Of a stretch of DNA of 64,000 nt, positions 11,602 through 24,196 are shown in pieces (position 1 is the stretch's first letter; each line of letters starts with the position of its first letter). The position numbers and the translations under genes are program-made. This DNA is from Vitrella brassicaformis CCMP3155 (lineage: Eukaryota > Protista > Chromerida). Where the stretch lies: contig CDMY01000241.1 in the NCBI GenBank assembly GCA_001179505.1, forward strand, positions 62,001 to 126,000, read 5' to 3'. The notes below the pieces were generated by a model. That model had not been told where the DNA came from, did no database searches, and was given only the letters and a program-made list of their open reading frames with translations.

Positions 11602-12814
11602 TTGTGCAGATACCGTACAGAATCGAGACGAGGGGCGGCCCATCGGCGAAGGTGAGTCATCACAGCTGAGACGAGTCGACTGGCGGCGTTGATCGATCTG
11701 TCTGCCGCTTGCCCATGTGCGCGTGTGCAGGGAAAGTGGCCCTGGATGACATGGCGCGGGGAAACCATCGCTGACTCCGGTCAGCGAGCAGGACCGAACA
11801 TACACACACACGCCCGCCCGCCTCCCTCGCTTCTGATCTGATTCCTTTCCGTTTGGTGTTTGTCAGCCTTCTGCATCGAGCGGCTGACGAAGGACCTCGG
11901 CGTCAGGCTGGATGAGGGCCTTTCTCTCGAGCAGCAGGCGGCCGCATACGCCATCAGAAAGATGGTCGAGGAGAGCACCTACTGGTCAGCAGGAATCACA
12001 CACTCACACCCACACCCACACCCACACCCACTCTCTGTCTGTCTGTCCCTCTCTCTCTCAGGACGGTTGCCTATGCGCGGTGGGTGGAGCACTTCGGTGT
12101 TTGCCGTAAGCAGGTCCTTCTCGAGTCGTCGGTCTTCATGGGTGGCGACCTGCCCTACTCCGTATGGCGGCCGCTGCATGGTCTGCTCATGCGCATGGCC
12201 CAGCCCGCCATCAAGAAGGCCCTACACGCACAGGTGGGTGGGGGAGGGAGGGAGGGAAGAAGATTGAGTCACTTCCATCCATCCACCGATTGCATGTCGT
12301 CTGTCTGTGTGTGTGTTGACAGGGGTTTGGTCGGTTCGATCGCCAGGAGCGCCAGCACATCATTGAGCAGGACCTCCTGGCGCTGGCCAACTACCTAGGT
12401 GAGTGAGCGGACCACGCTAGCTACACCCTCACACACAGACATGGTCAGCTACGTGAATCTGTCAATTGCTTGCTGGCCGGTTGATTGCAGGGGGCAAGCC
12501 CTTCATGATGGGCGACAAGCCGACAACGGTCGACGCGTGTGTGTTTGGAGAGCTGGCCCTCTGCGTGTGGCAACTGCCAGGCTCACACCACGAGCACCTG
12601 CTCACCAAAGACAAACGGTACGCACAGAGACACATCCACCCAGCGCAGCGCACAGCAAGCCTTCTCATGACTTGACAAGGAAGGACACATAACTGCCCTC
12701 CTCTGTGTGTTCATCAGGTTTGAGGCGCTGTATCACTACACTTTGCGGCTGAAGAACTTACTCTTTCCCGAGTGCTGGCCCAGGCCGCCCAAGACATACG
12801 ACCCGCCAACGTGA
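11136..12814 (+). CDS. Failed-axon-connections (FAX)/metaxin-like GST-fold protein
   Basis: The spliced product contains SSSPPCLKLEAFCRL, GKWPWM, IADS, RKMVEESTYW and GKPFMMGDKPTTVDACVFGEL. All exon phases join. An N-terminal hydrophobic segment is present. Confidence 0.85.
11568..11599. repeat. (GT)n intronic microsatellite, representative of many (CA)n, (GA)n, (GGAT)n, (GACA)n and (GGCA)n tracts in the window
   Basis: Direct reading. Confidence 0.95.
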
Positions 12815-13245
12815 TAAATGTATGGGCGGATGCTTGTGTGCATCTAGAGTGTGAGGCAGAGCTGAGCAGCTCGCCGTGTGTCGGGTGGGTGTCTATGTGG
12901 GCGGCTGTCTGTCTGTCTGTCTGTGGACGGCGCGTGCGATGAATGGAATGAGATGACTGACTACTGTAGCGACCAGCAAATGTTGTAATCTGTCTGTCTG
13001 TCTGTCTGTGTGTCCGTCTGTCTCCCTGAGTACATGTATGTATTTGTGAAGACCCATCCAATTACACACGGGGGGCTGGACTGACACAATTTCTGGAAGA
13101 CTGACTGACTGGGTTTTTTGCTTGCTTGGACTGTTGGTACTTTTATTGCACACTAAGTGGCTTTTGCATGAGGACAGCACGATAGATGGCAAATCTCGCC
13201 AACACACACACGCGCACACACCCGCCCGTCCACCCTGACATGCAC

Positions 13246-14333
13246 TCATTGGGAGACACGAAACAGAAACGACAGCAAGGGCCCGGTTTCGGTGAAAAGC
13301 ACGTCAAGCCTGTCGCCATGCTGCAAGGACAGCCGCTTGTCGGCCCCAACCGTCAACGGCTGATGCCCCTGCCTCAGTAGCCACACCTTCCTCCCTGCAG
13401 GGGCACTCGCATCTACTGCAAATGGCTGACCGGGGGCAGAGCATGTGAATACAAGGTGCTCTCGACTGATGGCCGTCACCACCTGAGCACACACACGCAC
13501 AGAGACACGGGGGCGGGATCCATGAGTCAATAAGACAAGGAGACGCTTCCTTCACACCTATGGGACGAGGCAAGAAGTGAGGACATGCTCGTATGCGTCG
13601 CCCCCCCTGCCAAAAGGGGGAGGTGCCACGTGAGATCCGTCCTTCTTCCTCCTGAACAGGAGGAGCCGCTCCAGCTTGCGCGTGAAGTCCGTGTCCCTGC
13701 ATCCCGCCTTGACGATGGCCGGCTCCACCAGCACCTTCATCATTGCCACAACCTTCTCCTCATCCATGAAGGCCACAAAGCTGCCGTGACGAGACCGCCG
13801 CTCGAGTGCATGTGCAGCATGGTTTGTGGAAGGCGCTGCTTCCGGAGCCTGAGTCTCATTGTGTGGGCTTGTTGTTGCTCTGGGAGGCCGAAAGACGGCG
13901 GCGATTGCGATGCCATTGCTGCTTGGAACGACTGGAGAGTACTCTGGAGCTGGCTGTGGAGGTCCTCTAGCCTCACAGCTGAAAGCGACCTCTCCGGCGA
14001 CCTCTCTGTCTTGCGGTCTTGTCGCGGCGCAGGGCCTTCACCCACTGCAAAGCCAGTGTCTTGGGGCGGTGGCTCGTCGCCTTGCGAATATCCCCGATGA
14101 CTTGCTTTGCTTTCGTCGTCTCTGATGATGGCCCCACGGCCGCTCATTTTGTCCTCGGAATGCGTCCGCCGCTTGTCTGGCTTTGCAGAAATGTCAGCCT
14201 CTTCCCTCTTGTCGTGGTCCTCTTGGCTCTCTTGCTCGGACAGGGAAGAATCCGCTGAGTACTCCGCTTCGGCCGCGTGTTGAAGGGAGCTGAACAGCGG
14301 AAGTGGGGCGCAGAAGGAATGCGAGCAGCCCAT
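13246..14333 (-). CDS. FHA-domain protein with an MGCS N-terminus; apparent frameshift near 13860
   Basis: The C-terminal exons carry the FHA motifs FGRG and ISREH. The N-terminal ORF starts MGCSHSFC and contains a coiled-coil-like stretch. The two parts are in different frames with no intervening GT-AG intron. Confidence 0.6.
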
Positions 14334-14388
14334 GGCTGGCGGTGGGACAGCACTACCGGGGAAAAAGTAGATTGTTTCCCCGGGTAGA

Positions 14389-14414
14389 GAGCGGTTTTCA
14401 GGCAGCGGTTTCAC
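14389..14414 (+). promoter_or_regulatory. Candidate AGCGGTTT(T)CA cis-element, two adjacent copies between divergent genes
   Basis: GCAGCGGTTTCAC (14402-14414) is identical to the reverse complement of 3586-3598. CAGCGGTTTCAG occurs at 21110-21121. Confidence 0.35.
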
Positions 14415-14627
14415 GGAATGCGAGCTCCGCCTTTTTCGATCCTGTGGGGGGATGAGTTCAGCGGACTGATGTTGACTTCTGCTGGAGAGCCGCAGCCAGC
14501 GCCTGTAGCAGCGCGTAGCAGCGCACATGGGTCAAGTGCCTCGGGCTGGACCCATGGCAATGACCGATTCTTGGGCCGATTTGGCTACCGAAACGGTACA
14601 CATACATGCCCAGACAAGAAGCGAATA

Positions 14628-16340
14628 ATGGCCAGCATCCCTCATCTCCATCACCATCTGCTGCTTCATGTGTGGCCCATTGAATGGCAGGTCTTTGAGT
14701 GTGTCTGCGAGCGCGCCAGGCCGGGCGACGAGCTGTTCGTCGTTGGCGAGAGTAAGAACCTTGGCGGATGGGAGGTCGACAAGGGTGTGCGGCTGGACGG
14801 CACGAACCACCCTTTGTGGCGAAGCGCTAAGGTGCCTCTGCCGGTCGATCTGCCCATCTGGTTCAAGCTTGTACGACGAGTGCGCAATGGACGGCATGAC
14901 TGGGAGCCAATCGATGGTGTGTGGAGATGACAGACGACGATGTCTTCTGGATGGATGGATGGATGCTTCTTTGTGGCGATGCATGGTCAGGCAACCGGCT
15001 CATGAAACTCTCCGAGGTGCACAGTAAGTTGGTCACCGTCAAATGTGTATTCGGTGAGTGGGGATACAGCCAGCCAGCCAGCCAGCCACACCTCACACAC
15101 GCGAAGACCCTGTACGTTGGTTGCGTCGATGTGTGTGGCCACACCTGTTGCTGCTTTATAGGCGAGGAAGGTGTGACACTTGAGTCCGTCGCTGGCGATG
15201 GCGGGCGGGAGGCGTCCGCCATGGCTGCATCTGCATCTGTGACGGCTGGCCGCGCGAGTAGCACATACACACGACGGCAGCAGCAAACAGACCACGACGG
15301 TGCGTGGCATCGAGCGGACACATGTCGAGTGACAGAGAGGTTCTATGGTGGTGCGGTGTGTGTGTTGTTGCTTGCCTTGTTCAGGCGGTGCACGCCACAC
15401 GGCGTCACCCGCTGCTGGAAGGACTACTGCAGAATCTGTTGTCGCACAGAAGGTGAGCAAAGTAGGAAACACAGTCACACACTCATCGCAGCCTGACATA
15501 CTGACTCTGTATGTGCAGACGAATGTGGGTGAGGATAGGCATGACACTACAATGGACCGTCACACACACACCGAAGGTAAGACCCTCCACGCCACAACCA
15601 GGCAGACAGTACACGTAGCTGTATGCATCATCCCTGCGTGTTTGCCTGCAGGGCCGCTGGCTGAGGGCTTTTCAGCCATTCCGACTCTTCCGGCCACCGA
15701 CAACGCCGCACACTGCGTCGCCAGGACCTACTGGAAGTCCCCCCCAGCAGACCCGCAATCGCCGCCGATGAGCCAGTCGCCACTTACACATCAACAGCCG
15801 CAGCAGCAGGAGGCTGGGGGCGCGAGGGTCAAGAAGAAGAACAAAGTCAACAACGTGGGGATTCAGCCCACGCAGCCACACCCTGGACCCCTGATGCCGC
15901 CCCACCACCAGCACCCACAGAATAAGGATCATTACCGTCCTGCTGCATCCATCGTCCCCACCGGCAGCCCCATCCCCCGCAGCACCGACCAGCCACAGCC
16001 CCCCTCCCCTGCAGCACTCACACGCCCAGCTGGGAGCGGTATCGATGTCACAACCCCCTCCTCGTCTTCATTCGACCTGGACGCCATGTACCGATTCGCC
16101 ATCGACGGCGAGAACGTCTTGGATGCCTACAACGGATGGCTGCAGTGCCTGAAGGCCAATGTAGGCGGCCGGGGCGGCGGTATGTTGGCTGTGGAGGCCA
16201 AAGAGAGTGTCGAGAAGGGGCCGAGGGGCGGCTTTGAGCATACCATCGAGTGGACGATGACGGGGCGGGTCAACCAGACGATTGCGGTGAGTGAATGGAA
16301 GAGCGGATGAGAGGTGTAGGAAAGGGTGATGTATTCTTTG

Positions 16341-16375
<35 letters not shown>

Positions 16376-18869
16376 TGTGGTAAGTGCAGGTGGTTGGCGA
16401 GGGCGCCAACGAGTACGAGGCGCGTCGTGATGCGGCGAGGCAGGTGCTGCAGAGGACATGGCGCATGCAGGGGTGCGAGCCCGACACCGAGGAGCTACCC
16501 CTGCTGACCCGCCGTATGGCCAACCGCCTCCGTAATCGGCTGAGGGCAAAGGGCAGCATTGCCCTCAGCCACACCAGCAGAGGGCAGCACGAGTGTCGTG
16601 TCCAGTGGCGCATCCCCACGGCAGACGAAGAGCTGGAGCTGGAGGGGCGCGGCCATGGTCCGGCGGCGGAAGATGCCGCGGTGCAGGCGCTCATGAACGT
16701 CTACATGCAGGCTTGCCAGGTGGCTGAGTGGGTGGCTGACTGGGAGAGGCCCAAGATCCCCCACCCAAGGCCCCCAAGGAGCCTGTGGCGCCACAGCCAC
16801 AGCCCGCGTCGCAGCGTTCGAGTATAGGCATGGGCGGAGGGCATGTCGAAGAGGGGCAAAAGCAGAGCGGGCCCAAACCTGCAGCAGCAGCAGCAGCAGC
16901 AGCGGAGGGAGAGGGCGACATTGACGAGTTTGCCGAGTTGGAGGTGGCATGGAGGAGCGGCGCTGGGGGTGGCGACGGGGAGAGTAACAAGGAGGAGAGG
17001 AAGAAGATCGAGGCCGATCGCCTGTCAGACGAAATGTGTGACAAGAATCGCATTCGGGAGGCGCTTTCGCGTCACAGAGAGGTCCGTCAGACAGCCAGCC
17101 AGCCGGCTACCAAAGGAGGCCAGCAGATGATGGCACACATACAGAGATGATGGTGTCTTTCTCTCTTTCTCTCCCTGTATGTGTGTGCAGGTGCAAGAGG
17201 AGGGGCGCAAGGCCAAGGTCGAGACGGCAGGGGCGTGCCGGCTGGCCAAGGTGTCCTCTCTGGGCGCTCGCAGTGTCCCTACAGCGGGGCTGGACGAGAG
17301 GGCACTTCGCTTCACGCCACCACCTGACGGTCTGCCGCCCACACCCCCTCCCAAATCATCGTCTCCGTCAACACCTGGCATCCCCTTCCCGGGCCCTCTC
17401 CCCCGTGTGTCATCCGCCGCCCCACGCATCCCATCGGCCGGCAGCCATCCGGAGGCCGTCTTGGTCAGGCGCCCACAGGGCCCAGTGGAAGGAGCGACGG
17501 CGCACACCAGCCTCGAGGGATTTACCCTCTATCCCAGAAGCGGCGCGTACCACATCGAGTGGTGCGGCAGGGCAGGGGGGAGAAATGTCCGACGAGAACT
17601 GACCTGGTCAGAATCGACCTCTTCACTTGGAAGGATGACTTCTACGGGAATGACGCGAGAGCCAAGTGCCCTGGGCTGGAGTGTTTTGTGGGGGTACAAC
17701 CTCAGTTCGTCTCTGAGGCCCTTGAGGAGATGCGTGAGGACGGCCTAAGGTGGATCTACATGCCGTCGCTGAGCCTCTACCTGGAGCTCCGGCTGCTGGC
17801 CATCCTGCCAGCTGCCGACCCTTTGCCAGCGGTGCCACTTCTGCACCCTTCCCGTCCCCCACCCCCTCCGCCCCACACGCCCCACGGACAACACCACGGA
17901 TCCCACGCTGCAGCCCCGAATGCAGCCGGTTGGAGGGGCGGTGCTGTGGCCGTCTCAAGCGCAGTGCACACGGCTACCCCCTGGCGAACAGGCCCGCCCC
18001 AGCCACCTACCGTCCCACCACCATCTCTCCCTCCACAGTTTCGTGGGCTGACGGAGGGGGCCAGGCCAGCTGGCCGGTGGGGCGATGCCGGCAAGGGCAG
18101 GCACCCACCGCCCCCACCTCCACCACCCCCTCCGCCCCCGCCAGATACCGCGCACAATGCCACGGCTGCTCGTGGGTAAGCGAAGGAAGAGGTGCATGCC
18201 GCCCTTCGATGCCCCACACTCCTTGGTGCTGTCCGTGTGGTGTGCAGGCCTGCGGACCCGTATCTCGAGTCTGAGCTGAAGCGCGAGAGAGAGGCGCACC
18301 GGAGGGAGCGAGAGGAGCTGAGGCAGCGGCTCCAGCAGCTCGAGGAGACTAATCGCAGGTGAGAAAGAAAGACACACAAGCATCATGTCATAGTAGAACC
18401 AGACCATGGCGGCTGTGGTTGGTTCAGGCTATCTGCGCTGGGTATCCAACAGCACCAGCCGTCCTCAAGGGGCCCTCCTCCACCCAATCACCCACAATCA
18501 CAGCCACAGCCACTGCAGCCGGCCGGCATCAGTGGGGCTGACACCATCGTGGCAGGCGGGTGCATCATCTGTTTCGGCGAGCACGGCCCCGCGTCCATCA
18601 TGTACGTCCCCTGCAGACACATGCACATCTGCCCCAAGTGCTACGACGACCGCAAGGACGCCTGGCAGCGGGGCCTCCCCCGAGTGAAGGCCGACAACGC
18701 CCGTCGTCAGGAGGAGAACAGGGCGCGGATCAAGCGAGATCAGGAGCCGCTGGAGCTGCGGCCGGAGGGCTACCTGTGCGAGCAGTGCCAGGGGGAGGTC
18801 GTGTTTGCCGGGTCGATGGAAGAAGTGAGTCGCTGGATGCGCCCGTTCGTGTCCCATGCACAGGACTGA
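14628..18869 (+). CDS. CBM20 + two dsRBD-like domains + Pro-rich linker + coiled coil + C-terminal RING finger; two single-base frame breaks
   Basis: CBM20 pattern: GDELFVVGESKNLGGW...LWR...FKLV...WE...NRL. dsRBD-like tails: GEGANEYEARRDAARQVL and GRGHGPAAEDAAVQAL. RING: CIIC...PCRH...CPKC...CEQC. Exons join in frame except at C5 (16771-16775) and G6 (17575-17580), where one extra base would restore each frame. Confidence 0.65.
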
Positions 18870-19553
18870 CTGACTGACTAAGGATAGCAGGCGGGCAGTA
18901 AGTAATCAGACAGTGGGGAAGGGCATGTACATAATCCTCCATATATATCTGTGGGTGTGAGTACTGAATACGTTTGGCTGGTTTCTGTGTCACGTATCGA
19001 TGGGCTGCGGCTCAGCCAGACTCTCGTGGCTGCGCTGATACCCCACGACAGCCACGAGAGAGAGAGAGAGAGAGAGTAGACGGTGGTGGGCACTGAGTGA
19101 GTTGAAGGTGGGTGCTGTGTTCGCCTGTATAGATCGGCTGTTTCCGCATCATGTAGTTCATCAGCAGGTGCCGGTCCAGTCACGAGCAATGTGGCTGCGT
19201 GCTGCCGCCTGGCGACGAGTGGCATGATGCAGAGACAGCGATAAAAGACAGATTGGGTGGCTTGCTATGAGAGAGAGAGAGGCAACCACATACCATTGCC
19301 GGGTTGGTTTTCGTCTGCATGGCTGTTTCTGCTTCAAGTAGTTGGTCGTTGCGAGGCTGTGGGTCAGCCACATTCTCGTGGCTGTTTGCTGCCGCGTCGC
19401 AACGAGCGACCCGATGAAGGATCAGCCATTCAGGCGGACTCGTCCTAGCAAAACAAGACCGACAAGTGTGTCTGTCTTGATCGAGCCGAGAGAGTCTGTG
19501 CATGTCTATCGTTAACCTTAGGGGGTCGCTGAGAAGGCGAAAAGGGGTGAGGG

Positions 19554-19853
19554 NNNNNNNNNNNNNNNNNNNNNNNNNNNNNNNNNNNNNNNNNNNNNNN
19601 NNNNNNNNNNNNNNNNNNNNNNNNNNNNNNNNNNNNNNNNNNNNNNNNNNNNNNNNNNNNNNNNNNNNNNNNNNNNNNNNNNNNNNNNNNNNNNNNNNNN
19701 NNNNNNNNNNNNNNNNNNNNNNNNNNNNNNNNNNNNNNNNNNNNNNNNNNNNNNNNNNNNNNNNNNNNNNNNNNNNNNNNNNNNNNNNNNNNNNNNNNNN
19801 NNNNNNNNNNNNNNNNNNNNNNNNNNNNNNNNNNNNNNNNNNNNNNNNNNNNN
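19554..19853. other. Assembly gap (300 N) flanked by poly-G
   Basis: N run followed by a long G homopolymer. Confidence 0.99.
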
Positions 19854-19892
<39 letters not shown>

Positions 19893-20559
19893 CCTCTGCA
19901 AACTGGCTGTGCGTGGGTGGGCTGTATATACCACGCAATGCAGCGACATCGGTGTGTTGGCTGGGCTGACCAGTCAGTCGTACCGGTGTGTGTCCATTGG
20001 TGATCGATGTTGACTGACGATGATTCATTCACTGGAACGGTCTGTCTGTCTGAAACAGTTCGTCTGATCTACTAGCTAGCTCATGTACACGCTGCAAGAA
20101 GCCAAGAGGGCTCTTCCACAGCCGGCCGTCCTTCCCTACCCTACCCTACAGACACGACGTCACGACGTCACTCCACCCCACCCCACTCCACACAGCGCTG
20201 ACCCATCACAACCCACACCCAGCCAGCCAGACCGCATGAAACACTCGGTTGCTCATCCTGACTGAACCCCAGACAGGCAGGCAGGCGGAGATCAGGCAGG
20301 CACGACAGCACCACGATAAGCGCTGCTTTTGTGTGTTTGGATGGGCAGAGGAAAAACACAACCCTCCTCACACTTACATACATACCCCTACACCCCCCGC
20401 AGCCAAGCACTGCCGACTCGCACCAAGCACTTGTACACGGCCTGAGGTGAGAGAAGCAAAGCCAACGTTGAGGAAGGGAAGGGATTCGCGCCTGTCTGCC
20501 GGGTGAGCTGGTCTATCTGACACACGCACCCTGTTGTGTATGTGTTTAGATGGGGAGTC

Positions 20560-21080
20560 CCTCGCGTGAGGGGATCAGGATGGGCTCGGGCACATGCTCG
20601 GTGTTCCACGCGTACTGCAGGTCGCAGTAGTGGTATTTCGACCACACCGTGTCGTAGTACTTCTGGTGCTGCAGCAGCCACACACACACACAGACACACA
20701 CCCCACAGATCCATCGCGAGACGCAGCCGACACGGTGGTCTCCCCTGTGCCCTGCTGCCTTCCGCCACTCTCTCTCTCCCTGCCTGCCTGCCTGCCCGCT
20801 CTGCCTGCCTGATGCTCTCGCCCACCTTGCTGTAGTAGTGGTTGAGTTCCCACTTGGTCATGACGACGCCAAATCCGGCCGAGAAGAGCATGAAGTTGAG
20901 CAGCCACCAGTGCGTCATGAGGGGCGTCCCCTTGGGCAGCGTCGTGGGCGGCCCTGTGTGCACTATGGCGGCGTGCTTGCCATGCGCCAGATGCGGGTCG
21001 AACTCCGGCGTCGACTGCGGGAAACGAGCTCCCACACGAGCATTGGTCGTTAGGAGGGGACGCGTCAGCCGCAGCAACAT
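20560..21080 (-). CDS. Small single-pass, probably mitochondrial protein (possible apicomplexan-type complex IV accessory subunit); 3' end unresolved
   Basis: Presequence-like MLLRLTRPLLTTNARVGARF, then FDPHLAHGKHAA and one TM segment (WWLLNFMLFSAGFGVVM). Second exon reads HQKYYDTVWSKYHYC. Confidence 0.6.
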
Positions 21081-21208
21081 CGCTGATCTTCCAACCTGCG
21101 AGCTCACACCAGCGGTTTCAGGGAGCACCCTAGGCAAGCTTAGCCCTGGGGACTCCGCAGTAGATCCAGGCTACACGGACTAGACAGACGAGAGAAAACC
21201 GCGCAAAT

Positions 21209-24196
21209 ATGGCCAACGAGGTGAGAAAAGAGATGCGCTCTCTGGTGCATTCACCGAGTAGCCGTTCCGTCGGCATCGCACACCGTGTGTCTGCCCGTGG
21301 CTGTGTGCTCAGATGAACGGTACTGTTGCCGTCGAGTCCCTTCCTGTCAGCGGCCTGCCTTTGGAAACTAGATTGTTCATCGACAATGAGTTTGTGGACG
21401 AGCATGATGGGACGCACTTCGACACCTCCGATCCCACCAACGCCAAAGTCATCGCACGTGTGCAGGAGGCTGGGTGAGCCAACGCGACGGGAGAAGGATG
21501 GCAAAGGTTCAGTGTGTGCGTGTGTGAGTGTGTGTTGTCAGGAAAGATGACGTTGATCGTGCTGTGAAGGCCGCCAGCAGAGGTGGGCACAGCACCGGAC
21601 ATAGACACAGGTGCATGAAGGGACTGTGTGCTGTGTCGTGTTGTGCCCGGTGTCAGCGTTCGAGGGATGGTCCCAGAGCAGTGGGGCCTTCCGCGCCCAG
21701 TGCCTCAACAGGCTCGCCGACCTGATGGACAAGCACATGGACCAGCTGGCTGAGATGGAATCGCTCGACAACGGCAAGCCACTCACCAAAGCCAAGTGAG
21801 CCCTCTGACACACGCACACAGAGAGAGAGAGAGAGAGATGCAGACACCAAAAGGCAGCAGCAGCAACAAACGGTCTCTATGTTGTGGTGCGCGATCGTGT
21901 GTGCACAGGGAGATTGACGTGCCCTTTTCGCTGGCGGTGTACCGCTACTACGCCGGGTGGGCGGACGGCAAGCTGGACGGCAAACAGATCCCCATCTCGG
22001 CGGGCAACGCCTCCGCCAACTGGCTGTGCTACCAACGCAGAGAGCCCATCGGCGTCTGTGGACAGATCATCCCATGGGTGAGCAAGCAAGTGGCCCACAC
22101 ACTCGCCCACACGCCGATCCATCATGTGTGCTGCAGAACTTTCCTTTGGCGATGTTTAGTTGGAAGGTGGCTCCGGCGGTTGCGGCGGGCTGCACGGTGG
22201 TGATCAAGACCAGCGAGAAGACGCCACTCACCGGGCTCATGATGGGACACCTATGCAAAGAAGCGGGGTAGGGTAGCCAGCAACAGACACACAAACACCG
22301 CACACCACGCCCACGTGTCCTGGGTGTGTGCAGGTTCCCACCTGGTGTGATCAACATCCTGAGCGGCCATGGCCCCACCACTGGCGAATATATCGTGCGG
22401 CATCCCATGGTTGACAAGGTGGCCTTCACCGGGTCCGTCGACACTGCTCAGAAGGTCCTCTTGGCTGCAGCTCAGAGTGGGATGAAGAAGGTCACCACTG
22501 AGGTAGGTGAGGAGGAAGGACACTGATGCGTCAATTTCCATCCACACAAGTGAAATGTGTCTCTTGTGTGTGGATGTGACGGATGTGTGAGTCAGTTGGG
22601 CCGCAAGAGCCCCTTGATAGTGTGCAAGGACGCCGATCTCGACCAGGCCCTCACGGTGGCGCACGAGGGCCTCTTCTTCAATGCGGTAAGTACGCGGGGG
22701 CTTAGTCGAGCTGACGGACCCCTCCCTCTTCATTTGTCCATCGAGCAGGGCCAGTCCTGCATTGCGAGCAGCCGCGTGTTCGTCGACGAGGCCATCTACG
22801 ACAAGTTCGTGGAGAAGGCCCTCAAACGCGCCAAGGAGGAGAAACTCTGCAGCCCGAACAGCCCAGAATGGTCCGTGAAGGGGGAGAGAGGAAGGCACGA
22901 AGGCCGCATCCATCAAGCATGCATCCGTTTCTTTGCTTTGGTGTTGCGCCTTTCTCCACTCATCAACAGCACACAGGGCCCAGTGGTCGACATGAAGCAA
23001 TTCGATCGCGTGTAGGCTCCCCCCCCCCCCCCCCCCCCNNNNNNNNNNNNNNNNNNNNNNNNNNNNNNNNNNNNNNNNNNNNNNNNNNNNNNNNNNNNNN
23101 NNNNNNNNNNNNNNNNNNNNNNNNNNNNNNNNNNNNNNNNNNNNNNNNNNNNNNNNNNNNNNNNNNNNNNNNNNNNNNNNNNNNNNNNNNNNNNNNNNNN
23201 NNNNNNNNNNNNNNNNNNNNNNNNNNNNNNNNNNNNNNNNNNNNNNNNNNNNNNNNNNNNNNNNNNNNNNNNNNNNNNNNNNNNNNNNNNNNNNNNNNNN
23301 NNNNNNNNNNNNNNNNNNNNNNNNNNNNNNNNNNNNNNCCCCCCCCCCCCCCCCAACACACACACACACGTGCACTCAAAAGCATCATTTCAGTGCCTGC
23401 CTCTGTGTGCGTGCGTGCGTGTGTGTGTGTGTGTGTATCAGGATGAACTACATCAGTTTGGGCAAGCAGGAGGGCGCCACGCTGCTCACAGGCGGCACAC
23501 GGCACGGCACACAGGGCTACTGGATCGAGCCCACCATCTTCACAGACGTCAAAGACGACATGCGCATCGCCAAAGAGGTACGTAACCACACCACACACAA
23601 CACCTCCACCCATCGTCGGCCATCCCCTGTGTGTGATCGCAGGAGATTTTCGGCCCCGTAATGACTGTACTGAAGTTCAAGACGCTCGAAGAGGCCATCG
23701 TGCGGGCGAATGCGACCTCATACGGCCTGGGTGCCGGCATCTGCTCGCGCGACATCGGCCGGGCGCTGTCTGTGGCGCACAAGCTGAGGGCGGGCACCAT
23801 CTACGTCAACTGCTGGAACGTCGTCAAGCCCAACACCCCTTTCGGCGGATACAAACAGTCGGGGGTCGGCAGGTGGGACGCCACACAACACAATACAATA
23901 CAGACAGACGCGTGAGCTCTCTCTCCCTCTGTGTGTGGTAATGTGTGTGCAGGGAGCTGGGTGAGGATGCGCTGGACAATTACCTGGAGAAGAAGACGGT
24001 CATTGTAGATCTCTCATACGAAGATGAGAAGGATGAAAAGGCTGCTGGCGATGCGACGGGTAAGACACCACACAAGGCACACACACACACAGGGAGGGGG
24101 GGGGCAGGGAAGGGCAGCAGACACACACCACAGCTGGCCTGCCTGTGTGGCTGTCCCTGTCCGTCCATCACCTTGCCAGCAGGGGGGCCCAACTGA
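21209..24196 (+). CDS. NAD-dependent aldehyde dehydrogenase (ALDH1/2-like), about 14 exons
   Basis: Motifs [42 protein letters not shown], catalytic GQSCIA, EEIFGPV and PFGGYKQSG. All splice phases join. Confidence 0.95.
23039..23338. other. Assembly gap (300 N) inside an ALDH intron, flanked by poly-C
   Basis: N run between two C homopolymers. Confidence 0.99.

Noticed and set aside
19346-19405. Inverted repeat TCGTTGCGA...TCGCAACGA with inner mini-hairpins, tRNA-like in size
   Set aside because: No D-loop or T-loop consensus. A 9-bp stem is unremarkable in 64 kb of GC-rich DNA.
19180-20028. Long ORFs spanning N runs (also at 22251-23613, 39886-40501, 43754-44888 and 46515-47168)
   Set aside because: Artefacts of translating gaps and homopolymers.
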